From positions 32,001 to 96,000 of the forward strand of contig CAXULY010000003.1 in the NCBI GenBank assembly GCA_964252075.1: a DNA stretch of 64,000 nt, given 5' to 3'. Origin of the DNA: an uncultured Deinococcaceae bacterium (lineage in GTDB: Bacteria > Deinococcota > Deinococci > Deinococcales > Deinococcaceae). Position numbers and translations under genes: made by a program. The notes beneath the pieces are model-generated. The model did not search any database, was not told where the DNA came from, and worked only from the letters and a program-made list of their open reading frames with translations. Positions 28,289-37,230 of this stretch are shown here, one piece after another (the first letter of the stretch is position 1; every line of letters begins with the position of its first letter).

Positions 28289-29643
28289 GCCTGCACCCGC
28301 TCGAACACGCCCCGGAAGTACACCAGCGTGTAATCCCGCCCGTTGTGCAGGTACACGCGCTCCCCCATCACGCCCTCCACCGTGACGATCTCGTCGCGGC
28401 TCACCCGCGACGCCCACCGCTCGCCCGGCACCGGCACGGGCAGCTCGCCACCCGCAACCGCACGGCCACGTTCGGCGGCGCCCTCCCCCACCGGCCGGAT
28501 GGCCGCCACGTCCGTGGGGTTCGCGCGCGACACGCGGCTCGTCGCGCCCTCCGCGTCCATCAGCTCGATGTGCCCGTCGAGCAGCTGGTGCACCCGGTAC
28601 CGCGCGCCCTTGTAGCGCACCGCCGCGCCCACGGCGAGCTCCGGCGGCGCGGCCCCGCCTGGTGCAGCGCCCGCCGAGGTCACCGCGGGCGGCGCTGCGT
28701 CACGCACCTCACCGTCCAGCAGGCGCCGCAACGCCGTCTGCAGCGTCACTTTGCCGTCCAGCACGCCCGCATCCTGCTGCGCTTGCCGCAAGAGGGTCAC
28801 CGCGCGCTCCAGCGGCACCTCCGGCCACTCCGCCCGCCGCACGTTCGCCGGCACCACCGCCCGCAGGTACCGCTCGTCGAGGACCTCGCCGAACACCGCC
28901 ATGAGCAGCTCCCGCGTCGAGCCGAACAGCGGCCGCGCGGCCGGAACCTTTCTGGAACCCTCGGCGGGATCGTCACCTCCCCGCCCGGCACGGGTATCGG
29001 ATACCTCAGGCGCTTTGGGGGCCTTGAGGGCCGCGTCAGCGGCCCCGCCGCGAGGCGCGCCCTGTCGTTTCGGCGCAGCCGTCTTCGGTGTGGGCGTGCG
29101 CGCTTCATTCGTCTCCCCATCCTTCCCAGTGACGTGCACACTCAGAGGTTCTTCTGATGGTTCCACTGACGGTTCCTGACGGTTAGGCGCGGCGGGAGCA
29201 GCGCCAGGCGCGGCCTCATCGCCTGTTTCGTCGCTGCATACTGCACCGTTTACCGCTGCATATTTCACCCCTTTGGTGTCGCGCTTTTCACCCTTTCCAG
29301 TCGCACTTTTCGCCTTTTCCAGCACCGCTAAAAGGTGCAGATTTTTCACCCTTTCCGCGTGGTGCTGCAATCGCTTCAGACTGGCGGGCGGCAGCACGTA
29401 GTACCCGCTGGCCTTCCCCCGGCCCGGGCGCGCCTCAATCACCAGCTCGCCGGCCGCCACCTGGTCCTGCAAGATCCCCTGCACGGCCCGCTCGCTCAGC
29501 AGGCACTTCTCCGCGATCGACGGCACCAGCGGGTAGCAGTACCCCTGATCATCCGCCCAGTCCGCGAGGGCCAGCATCACCAGCCGGGCGCTGTTCTTCG
29601 ACAGGGAGGACTCCCACACCTCCGTCATGATCTTGATGCTCAC
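28285..29643 (-). CDS. Phage replication initiator with N-terminal wHTH
   Basis: LVMLALADWADDQGYCYP...IAEKC motif; internal iterons. Confidence 0.85.
   Translation of the reverse strand: MSIKIMTEVWESSLSKNSARLVMLALADWADDQGYCYPLVPSIAEKCLLSERAVQGILQDQVAAGELVIEARPGRGKASGYYVLPPASLKRLQHHAERVKNLHLLAVLEKAKSATGKGEKRDTKGVKYAAVNGAVCSDETGDEAAPGAAPAAPNRQEPSVEPSEEPLSVHVTGKDGETNEARTPTPKTAAPKRQGAPRGGAADAALKAPKAPEVSDTRAGRGGDDPAEGSRKVPAARPLFGSTRELLMAVFGEVLDERYLRAVVPANVRRAEWPEVPLERAVTLLRQAQQDAGVLDGKVTLQTALRRLLDGEVRDAAPPAVTSAGAAPGGAAPPELAVGAAVRYKGARYRVHQLLDGHIELMDAEGATSRVSRANPTDVAAIRPVGEGAAERGRAVAGGELPVPVPGERWASRVSRDEIVTVEGVMGERVYLHNGRDYTLVYFRGVFERVQA
29262..29356. repeat. Four iteron-like direct repeats (consensus TTTTCACCCTTTCC), putative phage origin
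   Basis: Copies at about 29263, 29285, 29307 and 29343 in an AT-richer patch inside the initiator gene. Confidence 0.75.
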
Positions 29644-29957
29644 CGCGGCGCCCCTTGCGGCTGCGCGGCGAGCCGCGCGCGCGTCGCGGGCGGCCGCACG
29701 ATGTAAGAACGCGCGCGCAGCGGCCCGGCGTCCGTCGCGGGGTGAAGCTCAATGAGCAGTTCACCGGCCGTCACGAGGTCATCCAGGGCGCGGCGCACGC
29801 GCCGCTGGCTGAGGTTCGTCAGCCCGGCGATCAGCACGATGGATGGAAAGCAGCGCCCGGACTCGTCCGCGAAGACCGCGAGGGCCAGCAGGACGAGGAG
29901 CGCCGTCCCCTTGCTTGCGGAGGACTCGAAGGCCTCCGAATGGATTCTGTAGCTCAT
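29640..29957 (-). CDS. Stand-alone wHTH protein paralogous to the initiator N-terminus
   Basis: LLVLLALAVFADESGRCFPS...AGELLIE. Confidence 0.8.
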   Translation of the reverse strand: MSYRIHSEAFESSASKGTALLVLLALAVFADESGRCFPSIVLIAGLTNLSQRRVRRALDDLVTAGELLIELHPATDAGPLRARSYIVRPPATRARLAAQPQGAPR

Positions 29958-30478
29958 GGGTGTGGCCCTTCCTGATGGTGTGGGGTGAGGCAGCGGGCGC
30001 GCAGCAGCTCCGCGTGCAGGGAATCGAGATCCAGGGCCTTCAGTCCCTCCCGGCGCGCCGCCGCCACCTGCGGCAGCGCCCAGAAGGCACCCCGTCGCGC
30101 GTCGAGCGCGAGCAGTTCTTCGGTGACCTGATGGCGGTCGAAGGGCGGCAGGCCGTCCGGACGCGCCAGGGGTGGCGGGGGCGCGCGCCACTCCAGCAGC
30201 AGCGCCGCGGGGCGCCCCGCACGCTGGCCCGTCCACACGTGCGGTCGCACATCGATGTCCGACCAGCCCAGGTGACGGGCGCAGGCCTGCGCGACACTCA
30301 CCGCCGGCGTCACGTCCTCACGCCACAGCAGCAGGCGCGGCGGATCCGGCGAGCACCGCACCGCCAGTCCGAACTCCGTCACCAGACTGCCGGGCTGACC
30401 GGTGCCCCTGGCGGCCGCCACGAGGTCCCGCAGCCGCTGCCCAAAGGGCACCCCGCCGCCGGGCTCCGGCGCGCTCAC
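29954..30478 (-). CDS. Early hypothetical protein
   Basis: Start/stop overlaps in the coupled early operon. Confidence 0.55.
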   Translation of the reverse strand: MSAPEPGGGVPFGQRLRDLVAAARGTGQPGSLVTEFGLAVRCSPDPPRLLLWREDVTPAVSVAQACARHLGWSDIDVRPHVWTGQRAGRPAALLLEWRAPPPPLARPDGLPPFDRHQVTEELLALDARRGAFWALPQVAAARREGLKALDLDSLHAELLRARCLTPHHQEGPHP

Positions 30479-30708
30479 GCCCGCCGCCCTTTCGCGGTCA
30501 GCTCGAAGCGGCTGGGCGGCGTGTGGGCCTGCTGGATCAACCCGTCGCGCTCCAGCTCCAGGCAGGCCGAGCGGTGCACGAAGCGGCCCCGGAGGTACCA
30601 ACGGCCCGTGCTGGCGTCGAGGTTCAGGGGCGCCCCCCCACGCAGGGCGCGCAGCAGGTCCTCGCGCGTCACTCGAGCGGCGCCGCGCCTCCCAGCGGTC
30701 GCTGTCAC
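30475..30708 (-). CDS. Early hypothetical protein
   Basis: GTGA coupling; start uncertain. Confidence 0.5.
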   Translation of the reverse strand: MTATAGRRGAARVTREDLLRALRGGAPLNLDASTGRWYLRGRFVHRSACLELERDGLIQQAHTPPSRFELTAKGRRA

Positions 30709-30992
30709 GGCGCGCCCCCGTCCACCTGCACGCCGCCCACATAGCCCGCCGTCAGGCGCGCGAGGGCCGCACGCCGCTCGGGCGGCAACCGGTGAACGAA
30801 TGCAGGCCAGCCCTCCAGCTGCGTCATGCGCGCCACCGTGTTCACCGGCCGCCCCGTGACTTCGGCGATCAGCAGCTCGGCGTACTGGGCGACTTCCAGC
30901 GTGAGCCCGAAATGCACCCCGCCACGGCTGCGGTCCAGGGCGCTCAACACGAACTCCAGGACCTCCACCAGCTGGTGCTCGCGCCCCATCAC
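30705..30992 (-). CDS. Early hypothetical protein
   Basis: Coupled ORF with GGAGG RBS. Confidence 0.6.
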   Translation of the reverse strand: MMGREHQLVEVLEFVLSALDRSRGGVHFGLTLEVAQYAELLIAEVTGRPVNTVARMTQLEGWPAFVHRLPPERRAALARLTAGYVGGVQVDGGAP

Positions 30993-31201
30993 GCGAAGAC
31001 CTCCATGAACGCCGCATCAATCGCCTCCGCGGGCACGCAGATCTTGCGCCCGGCGTCCCTGAGCGACCAGTAGTTGATCTTCGCGGCGCACGTGGGGCAG
31101 TACCACGCGTCCATCGCGGTGTTGAAGAACGTCGCGCCCGGCCGCTGGCAGGCCGCCCTGTTGCAGAGGCCGTCCCGCTGGCCCTTTTTGTCGGGTGTCA
31201 A
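30989..31201 (-). CDS. Small Cys-rich (zinc-finger-like) protein
   Basis: CNRAAC and CPTC; coupled. Confidence 0.65.
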   Translation of the reverse strand: MTPDKKGQRDGLCNRAACQRPGATFFNTAMDAWYCPTCAAKINYWSLRDAGRKICVPAEAIDAAFMEVFA

Positions 31202-31488
31202 GCGTCCACCTCCCCCTGAGTCGGCTCCACCCGAAAGTTCTTCTCACCGCACAGCGGGCAGTAGTACACCCACGCAAACGGCTGGCCCTTGCGTCGAGAG
31301 CGCAGCATCGGCACTAGGCTGAGGCCGCCCGTCTCGTGGTTCATGGCCTGTCCCCACTCGATCAGTCCGGCCTTCACCAGCTGGTCCGCGTGCCCGCACA
31401 TCTCACTTGGCGCCAGCCACACAGCCTTCACGATTTCGAGCTGATCTGGTGCTGTCGCTTCTTCAGCGTGTTGATCCGCCCCAGTCAC
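31198..31488 (-). CDS. Small zinc-ribbon-like protein
   Basis: YCPLCG; coupled. Confidence 0.6.
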   Translation of the reverse strand: MTGADQHAEEATAPDQLEIVKAVWLAPSEMCGHADQLVKAGLIEWGQAMNHETGGLSLVPMLRSRRKGQPFAWVYYCPLCGEKNFRVEPTQGEVDA

Positions 31489-31892
31489 GCGCCCTCACCC
31501 GCACCTTCGCGTGCTTCCACAGCGTCGCGCATCGCGTCCAGCTCCGCCTGCACCGCCGCGCGCCACTCCGCGCCGTGCACGCGCGCAAGGTTCAGGAGGT
31601 GTTCCAGCGCCCAGGCGCACTCAATTTCCATGCGCTTCGGGATCTCGTGGCCACCCACGCGGTACGCGCCCGCGAGGTTCACCCACCACATCCAGCCCAG
31701 CTTCAGCACCTCGCGCTCCGCCGCGCTCACGGCCTCCAGGCGCGGCACCTGGGTGCGCAACTCCTCCAGCTCCGTCAGTGCGTCGTCGATCAGCAGGTCG
31801 TCGTCATCCGCCCGGGCGGGAATGTGAACCCTGCCCCGGCCCTGAACGAACCGCTGGAGCGCAATCCGCGCCTCCTTCAAATCCACACTCAC
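31485..31892 (-). CDS. Early hypothetical protein
   Basis: GGAGG RBS; coupled. Confidence 0.65.
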   Translation of the reverse strand: MSVDLKEARIALQRFVQGRGRVHIPARADDDDLLIDDALTELEELRTQVPRLEAVSAAEREVLKLGWMWWVNLAGAYRVGGHEIPKRMEIECAWALEHLLNLARVHGAEWRAAVQAELDAMRDAVEAREGAGEGA

Positions 31893-32434
31893 GCTGTCCT
31901 CCCCTGTTCCGCCGGCTCACCCACGGGCTGCCCGAGCGGCGACTCGACGGGCTTGGGTGGAGGCGGGCCGCGCTTCACCAGCACCTGGAACGCCACCTCC
32001 GTCACAACCACGTCGTTGTAGTGGTGCTCGACGCGCTTGCCGCGCCGCGCGAACACCCGCGCCTGCTGCGCGCCGCACCTGGTGCACGTCGAAGCGTAGA
32101 AGTAGTCCAGCCGCCCGTCCCCGTGCATGCTCATGCCCCAGCTGTGCTCGCAGTGGGTCATGCGCTGCGCGTCGTCGCTGATCACCACGGCGGCCGTGCC
32201 GTCAGGCAACGTCCAGTCCTGGAAGCGGGGCACGAGAAAGCCCGCGTCTCGCGCGACGGTCGCACACTCCGTGTCGCCCGGCTCCTGATTCGTGGTCCGC
32301 CAGCACATGAGCCGCTGGCGCTCCCCGCGCGTCTGCACCTGCACGTGCAGTCCGGAGCGCAGCTTGCGGTGCACGCCCTTCGGCTGGTCACGGCTCTGGT
32401 GCAGCAGGTCGGCCAGGATCTCCTGAAGGGTCAC
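31889..32434 (-). CDS. Early hypothetical protein
   Basis: GTGA coupling; CEH and CTRC motifs. Confidence 0.6.
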   Translation of the reverse strand: MTLQEILADLLHQSRDQPKGVHRKLRSGLHVQVQTRGERQRLMCWRTTNQEPGDTECATVARDAGFLVPRFQDWTLPDGTAAVVISDDAQRMTHCEHSWGMSMHGDGRLDYFYASTCTRCGAQQARVFARRGKRVEHHYNDVVVTEVAFQVLVKRGPPPPKPVESPLGQPVGEPAEQGRTA

Positions 32435-32727
32435 GAGGCCTCCCCCCGCAGCGCGTCGCCGAGCGTGGTCATGAGCTGGCTCCAGGGCATCAGCGCCTGC
32501 ACGGTGCTGTCCGGAATGTTGGCCTTCAGGATCCGGTAGGCGGTGAGCCAGCGATCGCGCGGCAGCTCGACCTCGATCATGGGTGCGCCGCTCTCCCAGC
32601 GTTCCCACTGCGGTGAGCCCGGTGGGCCTTCTGCCGCCTCCTCGATGTCCACCGACAGTTCTGGATTCCGCTGACTGAGGAAGCCCGCGAGAAACGCGAT
32701 GGCGTGGCGGTGCAGGGTGAGCCTCAC
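32431..32727 (-). CDS. Early hypothetical protein
   Basis: GTGA coupling. Confidence 0.6.
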   Translation of the reverse strand: MRLTLHRHAIAFLAGFLSQRNPELSVDIEEAAEGPPGSPQWERWESGAPMIEVELPRDRWLTAYRILKANIPDSTVQALMPWSQLMTTLGDALRGEAS

Positions 32728-33206
32728 GCGAGCACCCCCCATGCGCGCAGGTACGCGAGGAGGGCCGCGGTGCCGGGGTGCATGGACTGGCCCCGGCCGC
32801 GCCGCCAGCCTGTCTCGGAGCGCAGGGACACGCGGGCCACCCATTCGGTCGAGGAGTACCCACGGTGGATGCCTTGCTTGGGCGGGACGCGGGGCAGGTC
32901 CACCGTGCTGAGCCGCAGCGCACCGCGCCGCTGGAAGGGATCGGTGAGGCGCTGCGTGATGATCGTCAGCACTTTCCCGTCGCCGTGCTCCGCGAAGCCA
33001 CACCGGTACTGGGGCTGCACGGTCAGCCCGTAACCATACGCGGAGATGTCCCAGCCGGGCTCGGCCTGCACGGTGTCGCCGTTCAGGGACTGCACCGTTG
33101 CCCGCTGGGCGTCATCGCCGTCCGGCACCAGGGCCAGCAGCTCCAAGAGGCGGTCCAGCTGGAACGCCGGGTCACGCTCGAAGGTCAGGGATACCGGGCC
33201 GGTCAC
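32724..33206 (-). CDS. Early hypothetical protein
   Basis: GTGA coupling. Confidence 0.6.
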   Translation of the reverse strand: MTGPVSLTFERDPAFQLDRLLELLALVPDGDDAQRATVQSLNGDTVQAEPGWDISAYGYGLTVQPQYRCGFAEHGDGKVLTIITQRLTDPFQRRGALRLSTVDLPRVPPKQGIHRGYSSTEWVARVSLRSETGWRRGRGQSMHPGTAALLAYLRAWGVLA

Positions 33207-33487
33207 GCGGGCACCCCCGCAGCCATCAGCGCCCACGCCTCGTCCTGCGCGTCCTCGCCGTCGCGCGTAACAGCCCACGCGCGCTCATGGGCACTGGCCT
33301 GGATCGCGACCGCGTACCCGTCGGAAGCGAGGCGGCTGAGGGCGCGCAGGACGAAGGTCGGCGTGGTGCGCCAGCCACGGGCGCGCACCCGGCGAATCAC
33401 GTCACCCAGGGACGCGGGCGCTGCGCTCAGCACCAGCAGCGTGAGCAGCTGCCGCGAACGGTACCCCTCGCAGAACGTGCGCTTCAC
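33203..33487 (-). CDS. Small winged-helix-like protein
   Basis: ALSRLASDGY...WAVTRDG resembles a PadR-type wHTH. Confidence 0.6.
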   Translation of the reverse strand: MKRTFCEGYRSRQLLTLLVLSAAPASLGDVIRRVRARGWRTTPTFVLRALSRLASDGYAVAIQASAHERAWAVTRDGEDAQDEAWALMAAGVPA

Positions 33488-33918
33488 GGACGCACCTCCG
33501 TGGACGTGGCCGCCTCGACCAGCGCGATGAAACGCGCGAGCTGCGCGGCCTGCCGCTGCAGTTCATCGTGCGCGTCCTGCAGGTGGTGCTCCAGCTGCAA
33601 CGCCGCACCGTCGCGCGCGGCCGCCAGCTGACGGCGCAACTCCTCCAGGTCGCTGGGGCCCGCGCGGCGCCAGTCCACCCACGGGGCGGGCTGCGCCTCG
33701 AAGCTCACGAACTCCTCGAAGCTCGGGCGGTCGTCGCCGGGCTCCAGCTCGTAACTCTCCTCCAGGCGGTCCAGCTCGCCGTCCGAGATCTCGTGGGACA
33801 CCTCCAGGTGCCGGTTCCAGTCGTCGCCGTACACCCCCGCCGCGGCGTCCGTGGGGAACTCCAGGAAGTACGTCCAGTGCTGCGGGTCGTTGCTGTACTC
33901 GAAGGCGTACACGGCCAT
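33484..33918 (-). CDS. Acidic early hypothetical protein
   Basis: GGAGG RBS; coupled. Confidence 0.65.
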   Translation of the reverse strand: MAVYAFEYSNDPQHWTYFLEFPTDAAAGVYGDDWNRHLEVSHEISDGELDRLEESYELEPGDDRPSFEEFVSFEAQPAPWVDWRRAGPSDLEELRRQLAAARDGAALQLEHHLQDAHDELQRQAAQLARFIALVEAATSTEVRP

Positions 33919-34424
33919 CAGCGGCCTCCCCACGACAATGCGGGCGGTTCGTCGGTGTTGGTGATCTGCTCGGCCAGCGTGCGGCCGTTGCCGAGGACGC
34001 GGTACGGGGCGAGGGCCAGCAGGGCATCCGTGCTGGTCAGGTCGGCGTACTCCAACTGCGCGCGCAGCATCAAGAGCAGCGCCCGCCAGCGGGCATCCGT
34101 GGCCTGCTGAACTGCCTCTGCAGTGGTGAAAGCCTGACCAGAGTACTGGCGCTTCTTAGGGCGCGGTGTCCAGCCGCTCCCCGCGTTCGGGTTGCGGTAG
34201 TGCGTGAACTCCTGCGCGCTCGGGTTCGGGAGAGGCAACACGATCCGGTGCGGCTGGCCGCCGAAGACGAAGGCCAGGGTGACGAGGTAACGCTCAGTGT
34301 CCTGCGCCACGCCGAACTGCGCGCAGCCGAACTTCTGGAGAAGTGCTTCGATTTCCTGGCGCGTCCGTTGGGCGGTCACGTCGGTGTTTTGAGCGTATCG
34401 GCGGGATCCTTTGGTGCTGGTCAT
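33918..34424 (-). CDS. Phage hypothetical protein
   Basis: YAQNTDVT...EIEALL...RWRALLLML; coupled. Confidence 0.65.
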   Translation of the reverse strand: MTSTKGSRRYAQNTDVTAQRTRQEIEALLQKFGCAQFGVAQDTERYLVTLAFVFGGQPHRIVLPLPNPSAQEFTHYRNPNAGSGWTPRPKKRQYSGQAFTTAEAVQQATDARWRALLLMLRAQLEYADLTSTDALLALAPYRVLGNGRTLAEQITNTDEPPALSWGGR

Positions 34425-34798
34425 GCTGCCACTCCCTCGCAGGCGGAGCACAGGTCCGGCGTCACCCACGCGCATGGGCCGTCTTCGTCATCGCACGGCC
34501 AGAACTCCGAGCAGCCGCACACGCGGCACGCGCGGCCGGTGGTGGCCGCTGCATAAACGCGCCGGGCCTCCACTTCGGGCACGGCGAGCACCCAGGTGTC
34601 AGTTCCAGCGAGCTGCGCCAGCTTCAGATTGACCAGACCCTCCAGGGCCTCACGCAGTTCAGCGTCGGGCGGCGTGAGGATTTCCCTGGCTGCCTGCCAG
34701 GGGAAGGGCTGCACCAGCAGCGGCAGAAGGCCCACCTGCAGGTCAGTCAGGCGGGCGGCGAACTCATCGGGGGTTGATGGGGGTGATGTAGGTTGCAT
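34421..34798 (-). CDS. Hypothetical protein with C-terminal Cys cluster
   Basis: CRVCGC...C...CAW...CSAC. Confidence 0.7.
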   Translation of the reverse strand: MQPTSPPSTPDEFAARLTDLQVGLLPLLVQPFPWQAAREILTPPDAELREALEGLVNLKLAQLAGTDTWVLAVPEVEARRVYAAATTGRACRVCGCSEFWPCDDEDGPCAWVTPDLCSACEGVAA

Positions 34799-34855
34799 GG
34801 GCAGCTCCGAGAAGGGGTCGGGCGACCGCTGGGGGGCGGTCGCCCGACGTGTGAA

Positions 34856-35602
34856 TCAGCCGGGCAGCAGGCGGGCCTGCTGGTGGCGGGCTTGAAGGTC
34901 GGTCCAGCTGAGCTTGTCGAGGATGTCGCGCTTGTACGCGGTGCGGCTCAGGCCGGTCTTGCCGAGCTGATCGAGCAGCTGCTCGGTGATGGTGTCGCGG
35001 CCCTCCTCGCCGTCCGGGATGCCGGGCAGGTCCGCGAAGTCCGCCTCCTGCACGCCGTCACTGAGGTGGGGAACGGGCCTGGCGGCGCGCTGCGGCGCGG
35101 GGGCGGGCGTGCGGGCGGGTGGCGCCTGGCGCTGCGGAGGGGTGGGGGCGGCCACTGCACCCTGCCGGGCGGCCTGCGGGCTGGCGTAGCGCTCCTGGCG
35201 CTTGCCGCCGCGGAAGACCGCGAGGGTGACGTACTCGATCTCGCCGTCCGCCTTCTCGCGCAAGTGCTCCGGGTCGGTGGGGCGCGCGCCGCGCGAGTAC
35301 TTCACGGCCTTCGGCAGGCGCAGCTTCTTGCTGTCCACCGCTTCCAGCTCGCGGCGCTTGTACACGTACCCCCGGCAGTACACGGCGTCGCCATCGTCGG
35401 TGGTGAAGCGCCGAGCGCCGAGCAGGCACCAGTCGAAGTCCGCCTCGTTCTCCAGCGGGAACTGGTACCCGCCCGCCGGCACGTCGCCGCTCGTCCAGCC
35501 AAGGCGACCGTACCGGCGCTGCACGTCAAGCAGCTGCTCGGGCGCGTCCACGTCCACCGTGACGCGGGCGCCCAGGTCGGTGACAAAGTGAATCTGAATC
35601 AT
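34856..35602 (-). CDS. ddrB: DdrB-family ssDNA-binding/annealing protein (phage copy)
   Basis: MIQIHFVTDLGARVTV...LLDVQRRYGRLGWTSG...GGYQFPLENEADFDW...RRELEAVDS...FRGGKRQERYA closely matches Deinococcus DdrB as remembered. Confidence 0.92.
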   Translation of the reverse strand: MIQIHFVTDLGARVTVDVDAPEQLLDVQRRYGRLGWTSGDVPAGGYQFPLENEADFDWCLLGARRFTTDDGDAVYCRGYVYKRRELEAVDSKKLRLPKAVKYSRGARPTDPEHLREKADGEIEYVTLAVFRGGKRQERYASPQAARQGAVAAPTPPQRQAPPARTPAPAPQRAARPVPHLSDGVQEADFADLPGIPDGEEGRDTITEQLLDQLGKTGLSRTAYKRDILDKLSWTDLQARHQQARLLPG

Positions 35603-36282
35603 TCCAGGTGCCTCCATGTTTTGCGGCGCACGATGGAGGACACGCCAGACTGGCTCAGGCCGAACGCACGGGCGAGGCTGTAACCCGATTCGCCCGCCGC
35701 GTGCCGAGCGCGCAGCTCACGCACCTGATCTGCAGTCAGTGGGGATTTGTGCGGTTGCGACCTGCCCGCATGGGCAGATGACATGCGTGCCCGAGCGTCC
35801 TGGGTGTGCGCTTGCCCGAGGCGCAGTTTGTTGCCCTTCAGGCGCTGTGCAGTCGCCCTTCGGTGTTTGGCCGTGCGGGTGTATCCGGGGCGCCCGAGGC
35901 CAGCCTCGGCGATCTTTGCTCTAGCCTCCTGGGTGTGCCGCAGCCCAAGGTTGCTGTCCGCTCGAAGGCGCACGTTGTAGCCAGAGCCTTGGACGTTGGC
36001 TTGCTTGTCGTCAATCCACTGGGCCTCACGGATCAGCAGGTCGGCAGGCGCAATGCCGGTTTCCAGCACCTCGACCACGAAGTTGGCCGCACCGTGCTGC
36101 CAGTCCGCCTGCAAGGCACGATTGCGGTGAACGCCTCTGTTGAGCTGAGCCCTGTGGCTCCGCAAGCGCTTACCGATGTTGGAGCTGCTCCCGACGTAGA
36201 CCTGACGGCTGGCCGTATTGCGAATCGCGTACACCCCGGACACACCCACGAGGTACAACTGCGGCAGTTTGAGCAGCAGCAT
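35599..36282 (-). CDS. GIY-YIG homing endonuclease with NUMOD3-like repeats and C-terminal HTH
   Basis: GVYAIRN...VYVGSS...RLRSH; HTQEARAKI and HTQDARARM. Confidence 0.88.
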   Translation of the reverse strand: MLLLKLPQLYLVGVSGVYAIRNTASRQVYVGSSSNIGKRLRSHRAQLNRGVHRNRALQADWQHGAANFVVEVLETGIAPADLLIREAQWIDDKQANVQGSGYNVRLRADSNLGLRHTQEARAKIAEAGLGRPGYTRTAKHRRATAQRLKGNKLRLGQAHTQDARARMSSAHAGRSQPHKSPLTADQVRELRARHAAGESGYSLARAFGLSQSGVSSIVRRKTWRHLE

Positions 36283-36692
36283 CAGGCGCGCGCCTCGCCC
36301 GTTCGGGCGGCCCAGGCGCGCTGCTCGGTCAGGTACCCGAACAGCGGACCGGTGAACGCGCCGTACAGCAGGTCCAGGTTCACGGGGTCCGCGCGGCGCA
36401 TTGCGCCCGCCAGCGCCCGATAGAACCCACCGGCCACGTCGGGGCGCTCCATGTAGTCGGCGAGCAGCACCACCTCGCAGGCCTGCAGCGCCTCGAACTG
36501 CGCGCGCGGCCGCGCCGCCTGCAGAACCTGGTGCCCGACGAGCTGCGCGGTGCGCTCGGGCAGCAGCACGGACGCTGACCCGTCCGTCTCGCGGATGTGC
36601 AGCAGCACGCAGCCGCTGTCGGGCATGACGGTCAGGGTGTCGCCGTACACGTCGGTGTACCACTGTTCGCCTTCCTTCGTGGTGACGGTCAC
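36282..36692 (-). CDS. Early hypothetical protein
   Basis: Coupled ORF. Confidence 0.65.
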   Translation of the reverse strand: MTVTTKEGEQWYTDVYGDTLTVMPDSGCVLLHIRETDGSASVLLPERTAQLVGHQVLQAARPRAQFEALQACEVVLLADYMERPDVAGGFYRALAGAMRRADPVNLDLLYGAFTGPLFGYLTEQRAWAARTGEARA

Positions 36693-36904
36693 GCGGTCAC
36701 CTGCTCCGGCGCGTGGCGCTGGTGATCGTCAGCCAGGCGATTTGAAGCCGCAACCCACTGCGCGAAGAGCTGATCGAGTTCCTCCTCGCACGCCTTGACA
36801 CCCCGGCGATGCTCGACCAGGGCCGCGAGGACTTCTTCACTCCGCTGCTGGATGCGCTTGATCTCGTCGAGGTCCTCGTGGCTGGAACGGTGGGTGTCAG
36901 GCAT
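36689..36904 (-). CDS. Small coiled-coil protein
   Basis: AGGAGGTG RBS; MPDTHRSSHEDLDEIK. Confidence 0.6.
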   Translation of the reverse strand: MPDTHRSSHEDLDEIKRIQQRSEEVLAALVEHRRGVKACEEELDQLFAQWVAASNRLADDHQRHAPEQVTA

Positions 36905-37230
36905 GCGGGCACCTCCTGCAGGGGAAAGAGACGCCGGAACTCCACGGTTCCGGCGCGGGTGACGGTGATGGAGCCCAGGCCCTGTGACGCGAGGGCGCGG
37001 GCATCCAGGGACGGGCGGCCGTACAGCACGCCGCGCTCCAGCAGCGCGAGGTGGGCGTGCTCGTGGTTCACGAGCACGCCCCGGCTGTCTGCGGGCAGCG
37101 CCGGGAAGTCGAAGTCGAGCTGGGGGAGCATGGCGGGCTGCCCGCCTGTGATGGCCTTGCGTCCGGCGCACACACCCACCACCAGGAAGCTGGCGAGCGC
37201 GCCCACACCGATGCTGAGGGCCGGCATCAC
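36697..37230 (-). CDS. Membrane-anchored hypothetical protein; 3' part overlaps the next gene
   Basis: N-terminal TM; coupled start. Confidence 0.5.
   Translation of the reverse strand: MMPALSIGVGALASFLVVGVCAGRKAITGGQPAMLPQLDFDFPALPADSRGVLVNHEHAHLALLERGVLYGRPSLDARALASQGLGSITVTRAGTVEFRRLFPLQEVPACLTPTVPATRTSTRSSASSSGVKKSSRPWSSIAGVSRRARRNSISSSRSGLRLQIAWLTITSATRRSR

Noticed and set aside
35599..36282. Group I intron around the GIY-YIG gene
   Set aside because: The ORF overlaps both neighbours, leaving no room for an intron core and no interrupted gene
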